Assembly: GCF_004010195.1 (NCBI RefSeq) | Contig: NC_057759.1 | Span: 7,181,746 to 7,233,441 of the forward strand | Length of the DNA: 51,696 nucleotides | Reading direction: 5' to 3' | DNA from: Chiloscyllium plagiosum | Taxonomy: Eukaryota | Part shown: positions 12,061-23,753 of the stretch, one piece after another | How the letters are laid out: each line of letters begins with the position of its first letter | Numbering within the stretch: position 1 is the stretch's first letter | Notes under the pieces: model-generated | What the model was told of the DNA's origin: nothing | The model's database searches: none | Seen by the model: the letters and a program-made list of their open reading frames with translations, nothing else | Made by a program: the position numbers and the translations under genes

Positions 12061-12310
12061 CATTCGTGAGGTGAGAGTGCCGTTAGCAAGGGATGGCATT
12101 TATTGTCCATTCCTAATTGCCTAAATAGCAGTTCAGAGTCAATCACTTTTTTTGTGGATTTGAAGTCACAAGGAGGCGAGACCAGGCAAGGATGGCTGTC
12201 TCCTTCCCTAAAGTGTTTTTTTCTTCTGATAATTGACAAGGGATACATGGTCATTGTTAGACTCTTAATTCCAGATTATTAGTCCAGTGAAAATACTACT
12301 GTATTACCAC
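12061..12310 (-). mobile_element. tRNA-derived SINE with L2/Crack-like 3' tail
   Basis: Reverse complement aligns with copies at 47850-48230 and 50550-50850 (ctttagggaagga, ctggtct, tgtgact) and ends in gacaataaatgcc tail. Confidence 0.7.
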
Positions 12311-12384
12311 CTGAAAAGACACTTAGAATCATCTGCAAAGAGAAGAAAATCCCAGTTTACAACTGTTGCACTTTACATAGACAC

Positions 12385-12750
12385 TAACAGCAGGTGTAGG
12401 CCACTCAGCCCTCTGAGTCTACCCTACCTTTCAATATGACTATAATTGAACCTGTATCTCAATGCCATGTTTCCACTTTATCTATTTATCCCTTGGTGCC
12501 ATTAATATCTAAAATTCTATCAATTATATTCAGTGAACCTGCTTCCACAGAATTCCATTTGTTGAACACCCTCTCAGTGGAGAAATGTTTCCACATCTCA
12601 GTTTGAAATGAGTTAGCCCATATCCTGAGACTTTGCCCCTGATTCTAGACTTCCCAATCAAGAGAAACCTCCTCCTTAAATCTAGTCTGTTCAGGCCAGT
12701 TAGAGTTTTATACATTTCAATAATATTCCCTGAATTTTCTGAACTTTGTA
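12385..12750 (-). mobile_element. CR1 3' end
   Basis: IEMYKTLTGLNRLD on minus strand; gcaggtgtaggccactcagccc tail region. Confidence 0.8.
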
Positions 12751-13194
12751 TATGGGCCAATTTCTGATCTCACCAATCGTATGCTAAATGAGAATTCATT
12801 TTAACGAAAATGGCAGATTTCATTTAGTTCGTACATTTAAAAACTAAAAAAAATCTATCAACCTGATTTCTTTAATAAACACATCATTATTGATGTATTC
12901 TGAATCACAAAGTGCTCGGTGAAGATGCAGAATTGCTAAACATGCCATGTGTAACACGCAAATGTTAGCTGGTGGGTATACTGGACAGGTCAAAGCTCAG
13001 AATGAAGTTTGTCTTGATGGATCCGAAGTTTTATTTTTTACAATTACTGTCATTATCAGTCATTGAACTTTTGACATGCAAGTGTTCTTTTAATGAAAGA
13101 ACAGAAGATCATGAGACAGAAGCAAAACAAAATGTTCTTTCCCTCTCTGTGTTTACGGACACTTTAGAAAGTTGTGCATCGTCTGGGCTTCTTG

Positions 13195-13380
13195 CCATGG
13201 AGAACTGTGGGGGCAGAGTCCTTGTGCATGTTGAAGACAGCGATATAGTTTTGATCAGCCGGCGTATCAAGGGTTACAAGAATGCATAGGACAATGGACA
13301 GGAAGAATGTTGGATCAGCCATGATCCTATTAAATGGTGGAACAAACTCGTGGCACCAAGTGGCTTATTCCTGTGCCTAC
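13195..13380 (+). mobile_element. CR1 3' UTR fragment
   Basis: atcaagggttac..gatcagccatgatcctattaaatggtggaacaaactcg..tggcttattcctg. Confidence 0.7.
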
Positions 13381-14619
13381 TGCGAAACAATTAAAAGAAA
13401 ATTCGATTTCTTTTCCAACTATATTCCTTGTATTCATTCAATCCTTATAAAATATGACTGCGATCACAACTTTTCAATTTTTTTTTACTCAAATATTATT
13501 TTCTGTTTTGTGATCAGACAAAATTATTAAAATCATTGTGCCAATTCTGACCCAGGCCTCTAACGACTTCTTCATTATGGACTCCACTATACTAAAGATG
13601 AGGTGAGGAGAATGTATGGTCAGATCACATCCAGGGTATTTTGCGGAATCCAAACGTCATTTCCTGAGATGGGAAAGGAAGTAGGAAGTGGCTTAATCCA
13701 TCTGATCCAAGAAAGTTCTTCTACAGATCCTGGATGAGCGTCCCTGGGGTTGAAACGTGTAACTATTCCAAAAGGCAAGTTTTGTTGGCACAGTGTGTGG
13801 AGTTAACTCGGTCCTCCTATTTCCGAAGCTGGCGGCCATGTTCATGCTGACTGTGATGAAACAGTTATCAGAAGATGTATACATTGATGCTACGATGATG
13901 CAGTGAAAGCAAAGGAAAGGCCACCTGGTGTGCAGCACTAGCCTGGCATCAGACACACCAATTGTGAGGTGGTTCTGAAGAGGAAAAGGCATGAGATTTC
14001 CAACGAATGGTTGATGCACTCAGAGCTGGCCAGTGCACAGGAGCACCAGGTTAATTCAGGTCTCAGACTGTCAAACCAGGACAATGGAGAACACGGCTGT
14101 GAGGCTGCACAGCTTAATCCCTGGGCAAGAGTTAAATGTCAAGGAGTCAGCTGGTGGTGCAGAGAAGAGGCAGAAGCACTTGCAAGAGATGAACATGACA
14201 TAAGATGCATTGAGCACCTCCTGATGGTTATTCGCCTCACCTGTGCACAATAAATCTGTACAGAAACAGATCAATCAAAACGTCATCAATCAAGATTGTA
14301 TCACAAAGTGGGATTAATGTGAAAACATCAATGCAGCTTGGTTGGGCAGAAGGTATCATAAAGCACCGAAGAGGTCTATTACTCAAAGCCTGTGACTCCC
14401 TGTTCATTTCCAGTTATATCATGGAGTATGTTGGCCCGTTTACCTCTGTATGGACTATGGTCAACTTGATAACTAGGCAATGCCCCAGTGAAAACTAATA
14501 TCTTGAACTGGAAATGCCCTGGATAAACATGTGATGTGTACATGGTTGTTTCACTCTGGACCGGGAAAACTCTACCAATGGGGTTTCACTGCAGAAAGAA
14601 GACCAGGACTGAACCTTCA

Positions 14620-14892
14620 ACAGTTCAGCACTCCCTCCATTCTATCCCTATTAACCTGCATTTTCCCCGGATACTCCACACTAATCTTCACATCACTGGA
14701 TGCTATGGGCGACTTAGCATGGCCTACCTTACCAATAGGATTGTGGGAGGACACTAGACCACCCGGCAGAAACCCATGTAACATGGGGAGAGCATGCAAA
14801 CTCAACACAGGCCGGTTCCTGAGGCTGGATTCAAACCTAGCTCCCCGGCACTGTGAGGCAACTATTTTAACCACTGAACCACTGTGCCATAC
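14620..14892 (-). mobile_element. HE1/V-SINE-like tRNA-derived SINE
   Basis: Minus strand ggcacagtggttcagtggtta (A box), ggtttgaatcc (B box), tgtgttgagtttgcatgctctccccatg (V-domain-like). Confidence 0.85.
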
Positions 14893-14964
14893 ATCTAGAT
14901 AGATGTGGAAAAGATAATTAATTTTGTTGGTGAGTGAAGAACAACAAGACACAATTTTAAAGCT

Positions 14965-15985
14965 TTTCTTAGGTGTCTTCGAAACGATTTGTAGCTCGTG
15001 TTGTTGATGAGGACGTAGAATAGTTATCCAAGTTGTTGTGGTTTTCTGTGATTTCTTGTCACCTAGCTAGGTCGCAGCATCAGAGCATATTTGATAAACT
15101 ATTAATTGTCTATCCCACCTGGTATTTATGTTTCTCTGCTTTTTGTACTTCCGGCTCTGTGTCTGTCTGCGTTGTATAAGGGATCCTATTCAATGTATTT
15201 ATTGATTGAGTTTCGGTTTGAGTGCCAAGCGTCAAGGAATTCTCTGGCGTTTCTCTGTTTTGCCTGTGCTAAGATGGTTACATTGTCTCAGCTGAATTTG
15301 TGTCCTTCATTGTCTGTGTGGTAGGAAATAAGAGAAGTTGTGTCTGGTGGTGGCAAGCTGAGGTTTGTACACTTTTATAGTCAGTTTTCGTCCTATTTGT
15401 CCTATGCAGTGTTTTCGTTCACATTCCTTGCAGGGTATCTAGTAGATAACATTCCTCCTGCTGGGTATGGGTGTCTGGTCTTCAAATTTTGTGATGAGCT
15501 GGTCAAAGATCTTTACTGGATTGTGGATCACTGAGATTCCTAGGGATCTGAGTGATCGAGTAATCATTGCTGATGGGTGTTTGATGTATGGTATGGTGGC
15601 TATATTATGTGGTCATGAAGTTTCTTCTTTAGGTTTGTTGTATAAGTACCAGAGGATAGTGCTCTTGGGATACCCGTTTCATCTAAATCCCTTGAAAAGG
15701 TCTTCTTGCTCTGCCTTCTGGAGTTGTGGGTTGATAAATTATGTTCATGCCCATTTAATTAGAGTCCTATGAAGCTATGTTTGGGGGTGCTGTGTTGCTG
15801 CTGTTCTAGTTCAGTATCTGGTCTGTATGGGTGTCTTTCTGTACACATTGGTTTGGAGTTCACCTGTGGCCGAGCATTCCATGCTGTTGTTTTCCCCTTC
15901 TTTAATGAACTTTATTCTGGCAAGGATGTTTTGGTGTAGTTGTGTACGTTTAGTGATGACAAAGGCGTGAACAATAAACCGGATT
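14965..15985 (-). mobile_element. Penelope-like element 3' half (thumb, GIY-YIG, pLTR), decayed
   Basis: Minus strand VTILAQAKQRNAREFLDAWHSNRNSINKYIE; homologous to 40900-41830; degenerate hammerhead-like core near 15055-15083. Confidence 0.8.
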
Positions 15986-16029
15986 TAGAACTTGAGTTGG
16001 TTTATGGGGAGGTCTGCCCGTGCTAAGCA

Positions 16030-16118
16030 TTCCAGCACCCACAAACAAAGCTGTATTGGAACACTATCCAAACGAGCAACGACACACTGCAGCAACCCAG
16101 AAGGCAGAGTAAGAACAC
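16030..16118 (+). mobile_element. Inverted fragment of the same PLE family
   Basis: THKQSCIGTLSKRATTHCSNPE; inverse of 15700-15790. Confidence 0.65.
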
Positions 16119-16119
16119 T

Positions 16120-16770
16120 CTCTGGCTCCTTCACTCCTCCATGTCTGCGTAATCAGCTCCAACCACGACAACCCTCTCTGTCTCTGTAACCCCGCTCCGG
16201 CCCCAAAACACCCCTCCCTATCTATTTACCCCTCTCCAGCTCCAATACCATTCCATGTTTCTGCAACCTCCTCTAGCCCCAACACCCTCCCTGTCTATGT
16301 ATCCCTCTCTGTCCCCAATAGCTCTCCCTGCTCTGTAATCCCTCCAACTCCAACACACATCCCTGTCTCTATAACCCCCTTCGGCCCCAACATCCCTCCA
16401 TGTTTCCGTAACCCTCTCCAACTTCGACACCCCTCCATGTCTCTGTAATCCCCTCCTACCCTAACACCACGCCCTATCTATTTAATCTTCTCTATCCCCA
16501 GTACCTCCCAACCCCCAGTCTCTATATCTTCCTTTGTTACCAATACCCCTCCATATCTCTGTAAAATCATCGAGTTGTACCAACCTTCTCGATCTCTATA
16601 CGACCTACAGACCCTGCACTGCTCCACATCACTGTAATCTCCTCCATCATCAGCACCACTATTCCTGTAACCTTCTCCAGTCCCTACTACAATCATTCTC
16701 TCGGTAACCTCCTTGAGCTCCACCACTCTTCTCTATCTCTATAACTTGCCCGAGCTCCTACAAATCTCAG
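16120..16770. repeat. About 37-bp C-rich minisatellite, about 17 copies
   Basis: Unit like ctccctgtctctgtaaccccctccagccccaacacc; ctcca recurs at 16396 and 16433. Confidence 0.9.
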
Positions 16771-16960
16771 ATTCTTAACTGCTCAGGACTTGGCCCCTTG
16801 AACATCCGCCAATTAACATCGGTCTACCATTAGTGACCTATTTAACATCTGGAGCTTTGTCCTTGACCCTGTCTGCATTTCTCTTTCCTTCACCTCTTTC
16901 AGGATGCAATCCAAAACTGAAAGTGGTCTTTTGACCGATCTGTTGGTCACTAGTACTGCC
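16771..16960 (+). mobile_element. L2-type LINE 3' remnant
   Basis: ggccccttgaacatcc..ccattagtgacc..cctctttcaggatgcaatccaaaac..ttttgacc resembles L2 ORF2 terminus; recall only. Confidence 0.45.
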
Positions 16961-17384
16961 ATCCTAATGTCACCGACTGCCAGATGGTGAAAGTTCACTG
17001 TACGATCCTTTATCCTCATTGAGATCTGGGCTCCGTTTACTATTCAAGAGCAGCATAAAAACCTAATAGATTAAGAATTACAAGAGACCTAAACTCCTGT
17101 ACAATAAAAGGAAGACGCCATCTTTATCTGAATTAAACCCTTAAAAACCACCATCACACCTTCCTGTACTAGGGGAGAATAGTATGTTCCCAAATACTAT
17201 ATTTTGGCATTGTCATTTCTTTCGTTTTGTGGTACTGGGTCAAGGTTATTAAGATATTTTACTGGCAACCGATTGTCCTCTGTCTTTGCTGTGTCTTGGA
17301 CCTATCTGGAGATTGCTAAGGAAAGTAAATGATATGTTGACCTACACAGCAAGCGGTCTCCAGTAGAGTACCGAAAAATGCAGG

Positions 17385-17945
17385 GTGGCATCTCAGAAAC
17401 ATATACAATTCTAACTGAACGAGACAGACTAGATACAGGAAAGATGTTCTTGAATGACAGAGGAGGCCAGAATCAAAGTTCTTAGCCTGAAGAGTTAGAC
17501 CAAGCCTTCTGGGACTGAAATGAGAAGAAATGTCACTTTCTTTAGGACTGAAATGAGAAGAAACATCCCTCCCTGTCTATTTTTCCCTTTCTGTCCCCAA
17601 TACCTCTCCCTGCTCTGTAATCCCTCCAACTCCAACACACATCCTTGTCTCTGTAATCCCCTTCGGCTCCAACATCACTCTATGTTTCTGTAACCCTCTC
17701 CAAACCCGCCACCCCTCCATGTCTAAAAGAAAGTGGTGAGCCGGTGCAATTTGCGATTACAGAAAACAGTTGACTGAAACATGTGTAATTTGAAGAAGTT
17801 AAATTTAGCATTTGGGAGCTAAAGGGATCAAAGGACATGGGGAGAAAAAATGTGAACAGTATTCTGAGCTGAACGATAAGCAACAATCACAATGAATGGT
17901 ACAGTTGGTTTGAACAGCCAAACGTCCTGCTGCTGCTCCTTTGTT
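17385..17945 (+). mobile_element. CR1 3' end containing a templated insertion at 17564-17724
   Basis: gggtggcatctcagaaacatatacaattcta, ggactgaaatgagaagaaa, gggatcaaaggacatgggg, tcctgctgctgctcctttg. Confidence 0.8.
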
Positions 17946-17989
17946 CTTTGTTAAAAAGGAATAAACATTACAGCTGGTAGATTTCTGAA

Positions 17990-18090
17990 GCAAAAAGCCT
18001 GAAATTTCTGCGATATACAAGACATCTGGCAGCATCTGCGGAGAGAGAAACAGAGTTAACATTTCAAGTCCCATGATCTTTCTATGAAAT
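17990..18090 (-). mobile_element. PLE terminal-repeat fragment (second family)
   Basis: tctggcagcatctgcggagagagaaacagagttaacatttcaagtcc; homologous to 22895-23030. Confidence 0.6.
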
Positions 18091-18094
18091 ATCA

Positions 18095-18840
18095 GAGTTC
18101 AGGACTGGGATGTTCCATTGAGGAGGAAAGACAAGGATGGCAAGTTGGGAAACCTCGGATAAAAAGGGAGGTAGTAAATTCACTCAAAAGGTAAAAGAAG
18201 CATACGTAAAGTTTAGGAAGCTAAAATCAGCCAGAGCCCATGAGGATTATGCAGAAAGTAATAATCCCAAGTAGGGAATTGAGAGAGCAAAATGGCGCCA
18301 TGAAATGACATTGGCCGGTAGGGTTAAAAGGAATCCCAGGCATTCTTTCCATACATTAAAAACAAGAGGTTCAGTAGGGAGAAGGTAGGACCTCTCAAGG
18401 ATAAAACAAGGAACTTGCGCTTGGAGGCAGAGAATGTGGGTGAGATCCTAAACGAATACTTTGCATCAATATTCGCCACGGAGAAGGTTATGGAAGATAG
18501 CGAGATTAGTGTGCCAGGGCATTTTGAGACCAAGAAAGAAATAGTGTTGAGTTTTTTGAAGAGCATTATAGTGAATTAGTCCTCAGGTTATCGAGACAGG
18601 CAAGAGGGAAGATTGCTGTGGAATTGACCAAGATCTTTGTGTCCTCGCTAGCCTTTGGAGATGTCCCAGAGAACTATCGAGTAGCTAATGTTGTTCCTCT
18701 GTTCGAGAAAGGAAGTGGGGATAAACCAGGAAACTCTAGACAAGTGAGTCTCACATCGGTTGTTGAGATGGGATTGGAGAGATTCTTAGGGATAGGATTT
18801 ACATGCATCTGGGAATGCATGGCCTAGTTAGGGACATAAT
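18095..18840 (+). mobile_element. CR1 ORF2 middle fragment
   Basis: LNEYFASIF, GDVPENYRVANVVPLFEKGSGDKPGNSRQVSLTSVV. Confidence 0.88.
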
Positions 18841-18849
18841 ATGGAGAAG

Positions 18850-18955
18850 TCCGTGTGCGACTGGGATGGACAAAATCAGGTGGACACCAGGTTATAGTGC
18901 AACTGGTTTATTTGAAATCACAAACGTTCTTAGAGCTGCTCCTTCATAGATATGA
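18850..18955 (-). mobile_element. PLE terminal-repeat fragment (third family)
   Basis: caccaggttatagtgcaactggtttatttg..gagctgctccttcat is the reverse complement of 21454-21525. Confidence 0.6.
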
Positions 18956-19114
18956 AATGTAAAATCCATTTGCAATATTTCTGTTAATGATCACAGTCAC
19001 ACAACAATAGAAAATCTCCAGAAAATTCAATGTTCTTTCAAACAAGAAGTTTAATTGCAGAACCGCAATAACTACAAGTACATGGGGTCAGACAGAATCA
19101 GGACAGCATCGGGA

Positions 19115-19460
19115 CGTTGAAAATCAGAGGAGCAGTTCAGTCGGCTCATTCTGCTTGTCCTGACATTCCACAGAATCTTGACTGATCCTCCATCTCAATG
19201 TCATTTGTTTGTGCTGTTCCTGTATCCCTCGAATATGAAATTATCCATCTCCTTCTTAAACATATTCAGTGAAATAGCCTCCCCAGGTTTCTGTGGTCCA
19301 GAAATCCACTTTCTCTGCATTCCCTGAGTTAAGAAATGTCTTTTCATCGTAGTCTGAAATAGCCTGCCACATATATCCATGCAATAAGGAGAAATATCAT
19401 TCTTACAACCAGTATATCTACCCCGTCAGAATTTTATACATTTCAATTATATCCCTTTCC
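19115..19460 (-). mobile_element. CR1 3' end, decayed
   Basis: atccatctccttcttaaacatattcagtga..gcctccccaggtttctgtgg..ctgagttaagaaat. Confidence 0.7.
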
Positions 19461-19509
19461 ATTATACCTCCTTTATTCAATTATATCACTTTTATCGACT
19501 GCACACGTT

Positions 19510-20290
19510 TCATATAGTCATACAGTACTGAAACATACCCTTCGGCTCAGGCCGTCAATGCCGAACATATTCCCCAAACTGACCTTGTCCGATTTGCCCA
19601 CAATTAGCCAAGATCCTTCCAAACATTTTTTTAAATTCATGTACATTCCCAAATGTCTTCTAAATGTTACAATATTACCTGCATCTGGCAGTTCATTCCA
19701 CATAGTAATCACCCTCTGTGCAAAAATGTTGTCCCTCAGCTCCATTTTAAATCTTTCGCCTCTCATACTAAAAATATTCCGTCTGGTTTCAAATAGTTCC
19801 GCCCTAGGGAAAAGACCTTTGATGCTTACCTTATCTGTGCTCCTCATGATTTCGTAAATCTCTAAGTTCATCACTCAACCACTAACATGTCAGTGAAAAA
19901 GTGCCAGTTAACTCATATAACGCAAACCCTTCAGTCCCAGCAACATTCTTGTAAAACTTTTCTGAATCCTCTCTAATTTAATAATATCCTTTGGGTAGCA
20001 GGGTGACCAAAACTGTAATGCAGTTCTACAAGAGTAGTCTCACTTCCTTCTTGTACAGACACAAGATGACGTCTCAACTCATTCTCAATACTCTGACCAA
20101 TAGGCATGATAAACGCCTTCTTAACCACCATGTCAACCTATGATGTAACTTTCAAAGCTTTAAGTACCTACACTCTTAGGTCACTCTGTTCGAGAACACT
20201 ACCTATGGTCCTACCAGTAACTGTACAAGTCTTGTCAAAATGCAAAACCTCACATTTATCCGAATTCAACCGGAACTGCCACTCCTCTCA
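19510..20290 (-). mobile_element. CR1 3' ORF2 and UTR
   Basis: LEIYEIMRSTDKV, IFAQRVITMWNELP; KCEVLHF motif near 20245. Confidence 0.88.
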
Positions 20291-20449
20291 ATAATAATTA
20301 GGGAAGGATACTGATGCGTTGGATGTAAATCAAAGTCAGTTTATTAGATTGATACCAGAAATGAATGGGTTGTCTGAACATGATAGGTTACACAGTCTGG
20401 GCTCCATTCCAACAGAAATAAAAGTTAAAACGTCTTAACAGTATTCAGA

Positions 20450-20765
20450 CATCAAAGAATCCCTACGGGTTTGGAAACAGGCCCTTCAGCCGAACAATCC
20501 CACGCCTATACTCCGAAGAGACCCATTCACTCAACCCTATATTTACCCCTGAGTAATGCACCTTGCCTACACATACCTGAACACAATTGGCAATTTAGCA
20601 TGGCCAGTTCATCTGACCACATCTTTGGACTTTAGGAGGAAACCCAAACAGACGTCGGGAGAATGTGCAAATTTCCCAAAGTCAGTCGTCCGAGGCTGGA
20701 ATTGAACCTGGGTTCCTGATGTTGTGAGGCAGCAGTGCTAATCACTGAGCCAACGTGCCGCCCAG
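20450..20765 (-). mobile_element. HE1/V-SINE-like SINE with CR1-like tail
   Basis: Minus strand ggcggcacgttggctcagtgattagcactgctgcctcac, ggttcaattcc; tail ggctgaagggcctgtttccaaaccc. Confidence 0.88.
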
Positions 20766-20944
20766 ATTGTGCCAAAGTATGGGGATTCTCTGCAAGCTCT
20801 CCGCAGCAAATTATCCCCTCACATTTTTTAAATAATCTTTCTAATCTTTTAAATCCCAATTGTAAATCTGTCAGAATTACTAACAGCATTATCTTAAATC
20901 TCCTTACAGTTCAGACAATCTTTCAATGTCTTCTCTCTACCTTT

Positions 20945-21075
20945 CACCTTATATTCTGCATTCTGTTTTATTACCCTGATATATTTATGTAAGATACAAT
21001 TTTCCTGGACAGCACGCAAGACACCACTTTTCACTGTATCTCAGGATATGTGACAATAATAAATCTAATCAAATG
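20945..21075 (+). mobile_element. Rex1/Babar-like LINE 3' tail
   Basis: cacttttcactgtatctcaggatatgtgacaataataaatctaatcaaat; family by recall. Confidence 0.5.
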
Positions 21076-21389
21076 AAATATGGATAGATTTTTGTTTGGC
21101 AAGGTTATTGGGGTATAAATGGAAACATGGAATTCAAAACACTAGCGGTGTGACTGGCGTACAAAGACAGCCAGGATCCTTAGTAAATCACCATTGCACG
21201 ACCTCTCACGAATTAAATAATCTTCTGCCATTCCTCTCATGGATCTTATACTCTTTTGAAAAGTATCGTGAAAACCCTTGACTATTTGCCTGCGCCCATA
21301 GACACATCGGAAGAATGGCTGCAGTCAATGTAAAGTGAACATTAAACTCGACTTAATAATTATCTTCTACTATGAAGAGTTTTGAATTG

Positions 21390-21540
21390 GAGACACCAGT
21401 GTTAGTCTGGGGTGTACAAAGTTAAAACTCACACTACAGGTTGTCAGAATCACCTGATGAAGGAGCAGTGCTCCAAAAGCTAGTGCTTCCAAATAAGCCT
21501 GTTGGATTATAAACTGGTGTTGTATGATTTTTTAACTGGA
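21390..21540. mobile_element. Short PLE-derived asymmetric inverted repeat with hammerhead-like core
   Basis: ctgatga-aggagc-agt-gctcc-aaaagcta at 21454; agttaaaactcacac pairs with gttgtatgattttttaact. Confidence 0.65.
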
Positions 21541-21772
21541 TACAGCTAGGGTGGGGATACAGAGAGGGGAGTCAACATTGAAGGCGGTGAGAGGGACGAG
21601 AGGCAGAGCAGTGATGGGAGAGACAGAAAGGGAGTATTTCCATTTCGCAGTAGGAAAGGGGAATGTAAACAGTACAGAGACCCCTACTCTCCTTTGAGAG
21701 GAAGTCACCCGCTATATTGCCAGTGTCAGTGTTAAACAGTGTGAGGACTTGGTCAGCTGGCTGCTCGAAACT

Positions 21773-21925
21773 GAGTAAAGCTTTCTCTACACTGCCTCCC
21801 ATCAAACACTCCAAGGACAGGGAGAGAAGTATGGATGTTGAGTAAAGCTACCTCTACACTGTCCCCATCAAATTCTCCCTGGACAGAGACAGATGTGGTT
21901 TGATAGATAGTAAAGCCATACTCTT
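21773..21925. repeat. About 67-bp tandem repeat, 2.3 copies
   Basis: agtaaagc..ctctacactg..cccatcaaa..ggacag at 21774, 21841 and 21909. Confidence 0.8.
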
Positions 21926-22419
21926 CCATCTTTTAGTGCAAAGTAAAACTTTTACCAACACTTTTAAACTGAAACGTATAAGTCCATAGCCACAATGCCC
22001 ACCAAGAAAGGAGCTTTATTCTGCATCTAAACACATGCTGTCCCTGTCCTACGAGTTTTTGATGGCGGCAATGTCTAGGGAGTTTTTCTTTAATTTCAAA
22101 GTATCGATGGAGTTTTATTTTCAGCAAAAACAACACGAGTAGAGAGTGGTATAATGTGTTGTTAATGTGTGAGGGAGAACTCGAATCTTGATGTTACCAA
22201 CTGGCTTGGAATTTGTTCTTTGTCTGTCAGGCAAAGTGTTCAAAATGTGCTCCTACTCAGCACTCTGTGTGCACAGCTACAGGCCATGGACAGCAGCGGT
22301 TTAAGATGGGAGTAGACGCCCGTCATATTGTTAGGTAATGAGGAATTGGAAACAACTTTGGAACCCAGATGTCTCAGTGTGTACATTTATTAACCAGCTG
22401 AGGTGACACAACATGTACG

Positions 22420-22890
22420 GATGCTTTTGAGACAGAAGTCGTTGATACAGTTTTTATTAATAAAGATACATCTTTCAAAATAAAGAGGGTCATTGTTGAT
22501 GTGCTTATACCATACTGTTTGGTGTCCAGTCTAGGCACCACACGTTGGCATTCTTCATAACGATCTTGAGAGGAGAAGGGTGAGATTTACTGGGAATGTC
22601 GAGAGGCTTTGTTTCATGTGGACGGATTGGAAGAGTCTGGGATGAGAATTCCCTGAAGCAATGTCGAGGCGGGATGTGTCTGCATGTGAGTATGGTCCGT
22701 ACAGAGAAGAGAGAGACCTCGCATTTTCCCTTTGATCTTGGACCAAGCTTGTGCTGTGGATTTGAAGAAATGGGAGAACGTTTTTCAGGTATTAAGTTAA
22801 CAATGTGTTCACCTAGAAGGTGTATATCTTTGGTGATGACTGCCTGAAAGGAGGTAAAGAGTAGAAATATAACAACATCGAAAGGAGAAA
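22420..22890 (+). mobile_element. CR1 3' ORF2, decayed
   Basis: catactgtttggtgtccagtctaggcaccaca, gagaggagaagggtgagatttactgggaatg, tgttcacctagaaggtg. Confidence 0.65.
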
Positions 22891-22894
22891 AACA

Positions 22895-23030
22895 AAACAA
22901 CAAAAACTGCCGACGTTGGAAATCTGCAAGCGAAACCGGAATTGCTGGAGAAATGCAGCGGGTTTGCAAGCAGACGTGGAGAGAAAGCAAAGTTGACCTT
23001 TCAGATCCAGTGACCTTTATTCAGATCTCA
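22895..23030 (-). mobile_element. PLE terminal-repeat fragment with degenerate hammerhead-like core
   Basis: Reverse complement ctgaataaaggtcactggatctgaaaggtcaactttgctttctctcc. Confidence 0.6.
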
Positions 23031-23407
23031 TTCAAAACATTTACAATGTGGTTAAGTCAACACGTGAAGTGCCATGATGTACACGACTACAGGATATGTG
23101 ATGGAGAGTTAGAGAGGAGAAGATAGAGGCTTGAAGATTAGCACAGACACAATGGGTCAAGTGGCCTCTTTGCTTATTGTAAAATACTGACTCTACAAGA
23201 ACAGCAAAGTGAATGAAATTACTGGCAGGGTGTTGTTCAGGAGCAAATCATTCTACAGTATGTCATTAACAGAGAAAAGGGCTAGTTAGTGTAATGCATG
23301 TAACTACAGCAAGAGAACAGTAAAGGAATAATTTAGCAGACGAGTATAAAAGAAGAAAAAGTAAAAGCTGGGTTAGAGAAAGGAGTTCTATATAATTGTG
23401 AGCTAAT

Positions 23408-23569
23408 TATTCTCTGTTAGACTTAAAAGTAAAGGTGTTAGTTTTTACTTAAAATATTGAGTCTAAGGACAGTTCTCTGCCTCTCGAATTTTAGCAGATT
23501 GCAGGTTTAAATTAGCAGGGGCTGGTGGGCCGGTGGGCGGGGGTGGGGTATTTAATTCGTGTCGTAACA
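23408..23569 (+). repeat. 5' LTR (3' portion)
   Basis: tattctctgttagactt, ttagtttttactt, tgcctctcgaatttta, caggtttaaattagc, gtgtcgtaaca shared with 28460-28631; ends in CA. Confidence 0.85.
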
Positions 23570-23572
23570 ATT

Positions 23573-23593
23573 TGAGGGCTTTCATCCGAGATT
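23573..23593 (+). promoter_or_regulatory. Primer-binding site, tRNA-Pro-like (degenerate)
   Basis: tgagggctttcatccgagatt versus TGGGGGCTCGTCCGGGATT, 3 nt after LTR end. Confidence 0.7.
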
Positions 23594-23753
23594 GGAACTG
23601 GTTTAGAAAGATTTACATAGATTAGCGGGTACGAAAAATCACAGCAAATTTAAACTTTTGCAGGTTAGTGTCTTAGATCTTTAAATAAAACGTAGGTGAG
23701 ACAATTTGTTTAATTTCGGTGACATGTGGTTGATTCAATTAAAAGTGAGAGAA

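Noticed and set aside
13560..14260. Decayed coding sequence or RTE-type RT
   Set aside because: Only a vague resemblance (FVGTVCGVNSVLLFPKLAAMF); no catalytic motif or consistent frame
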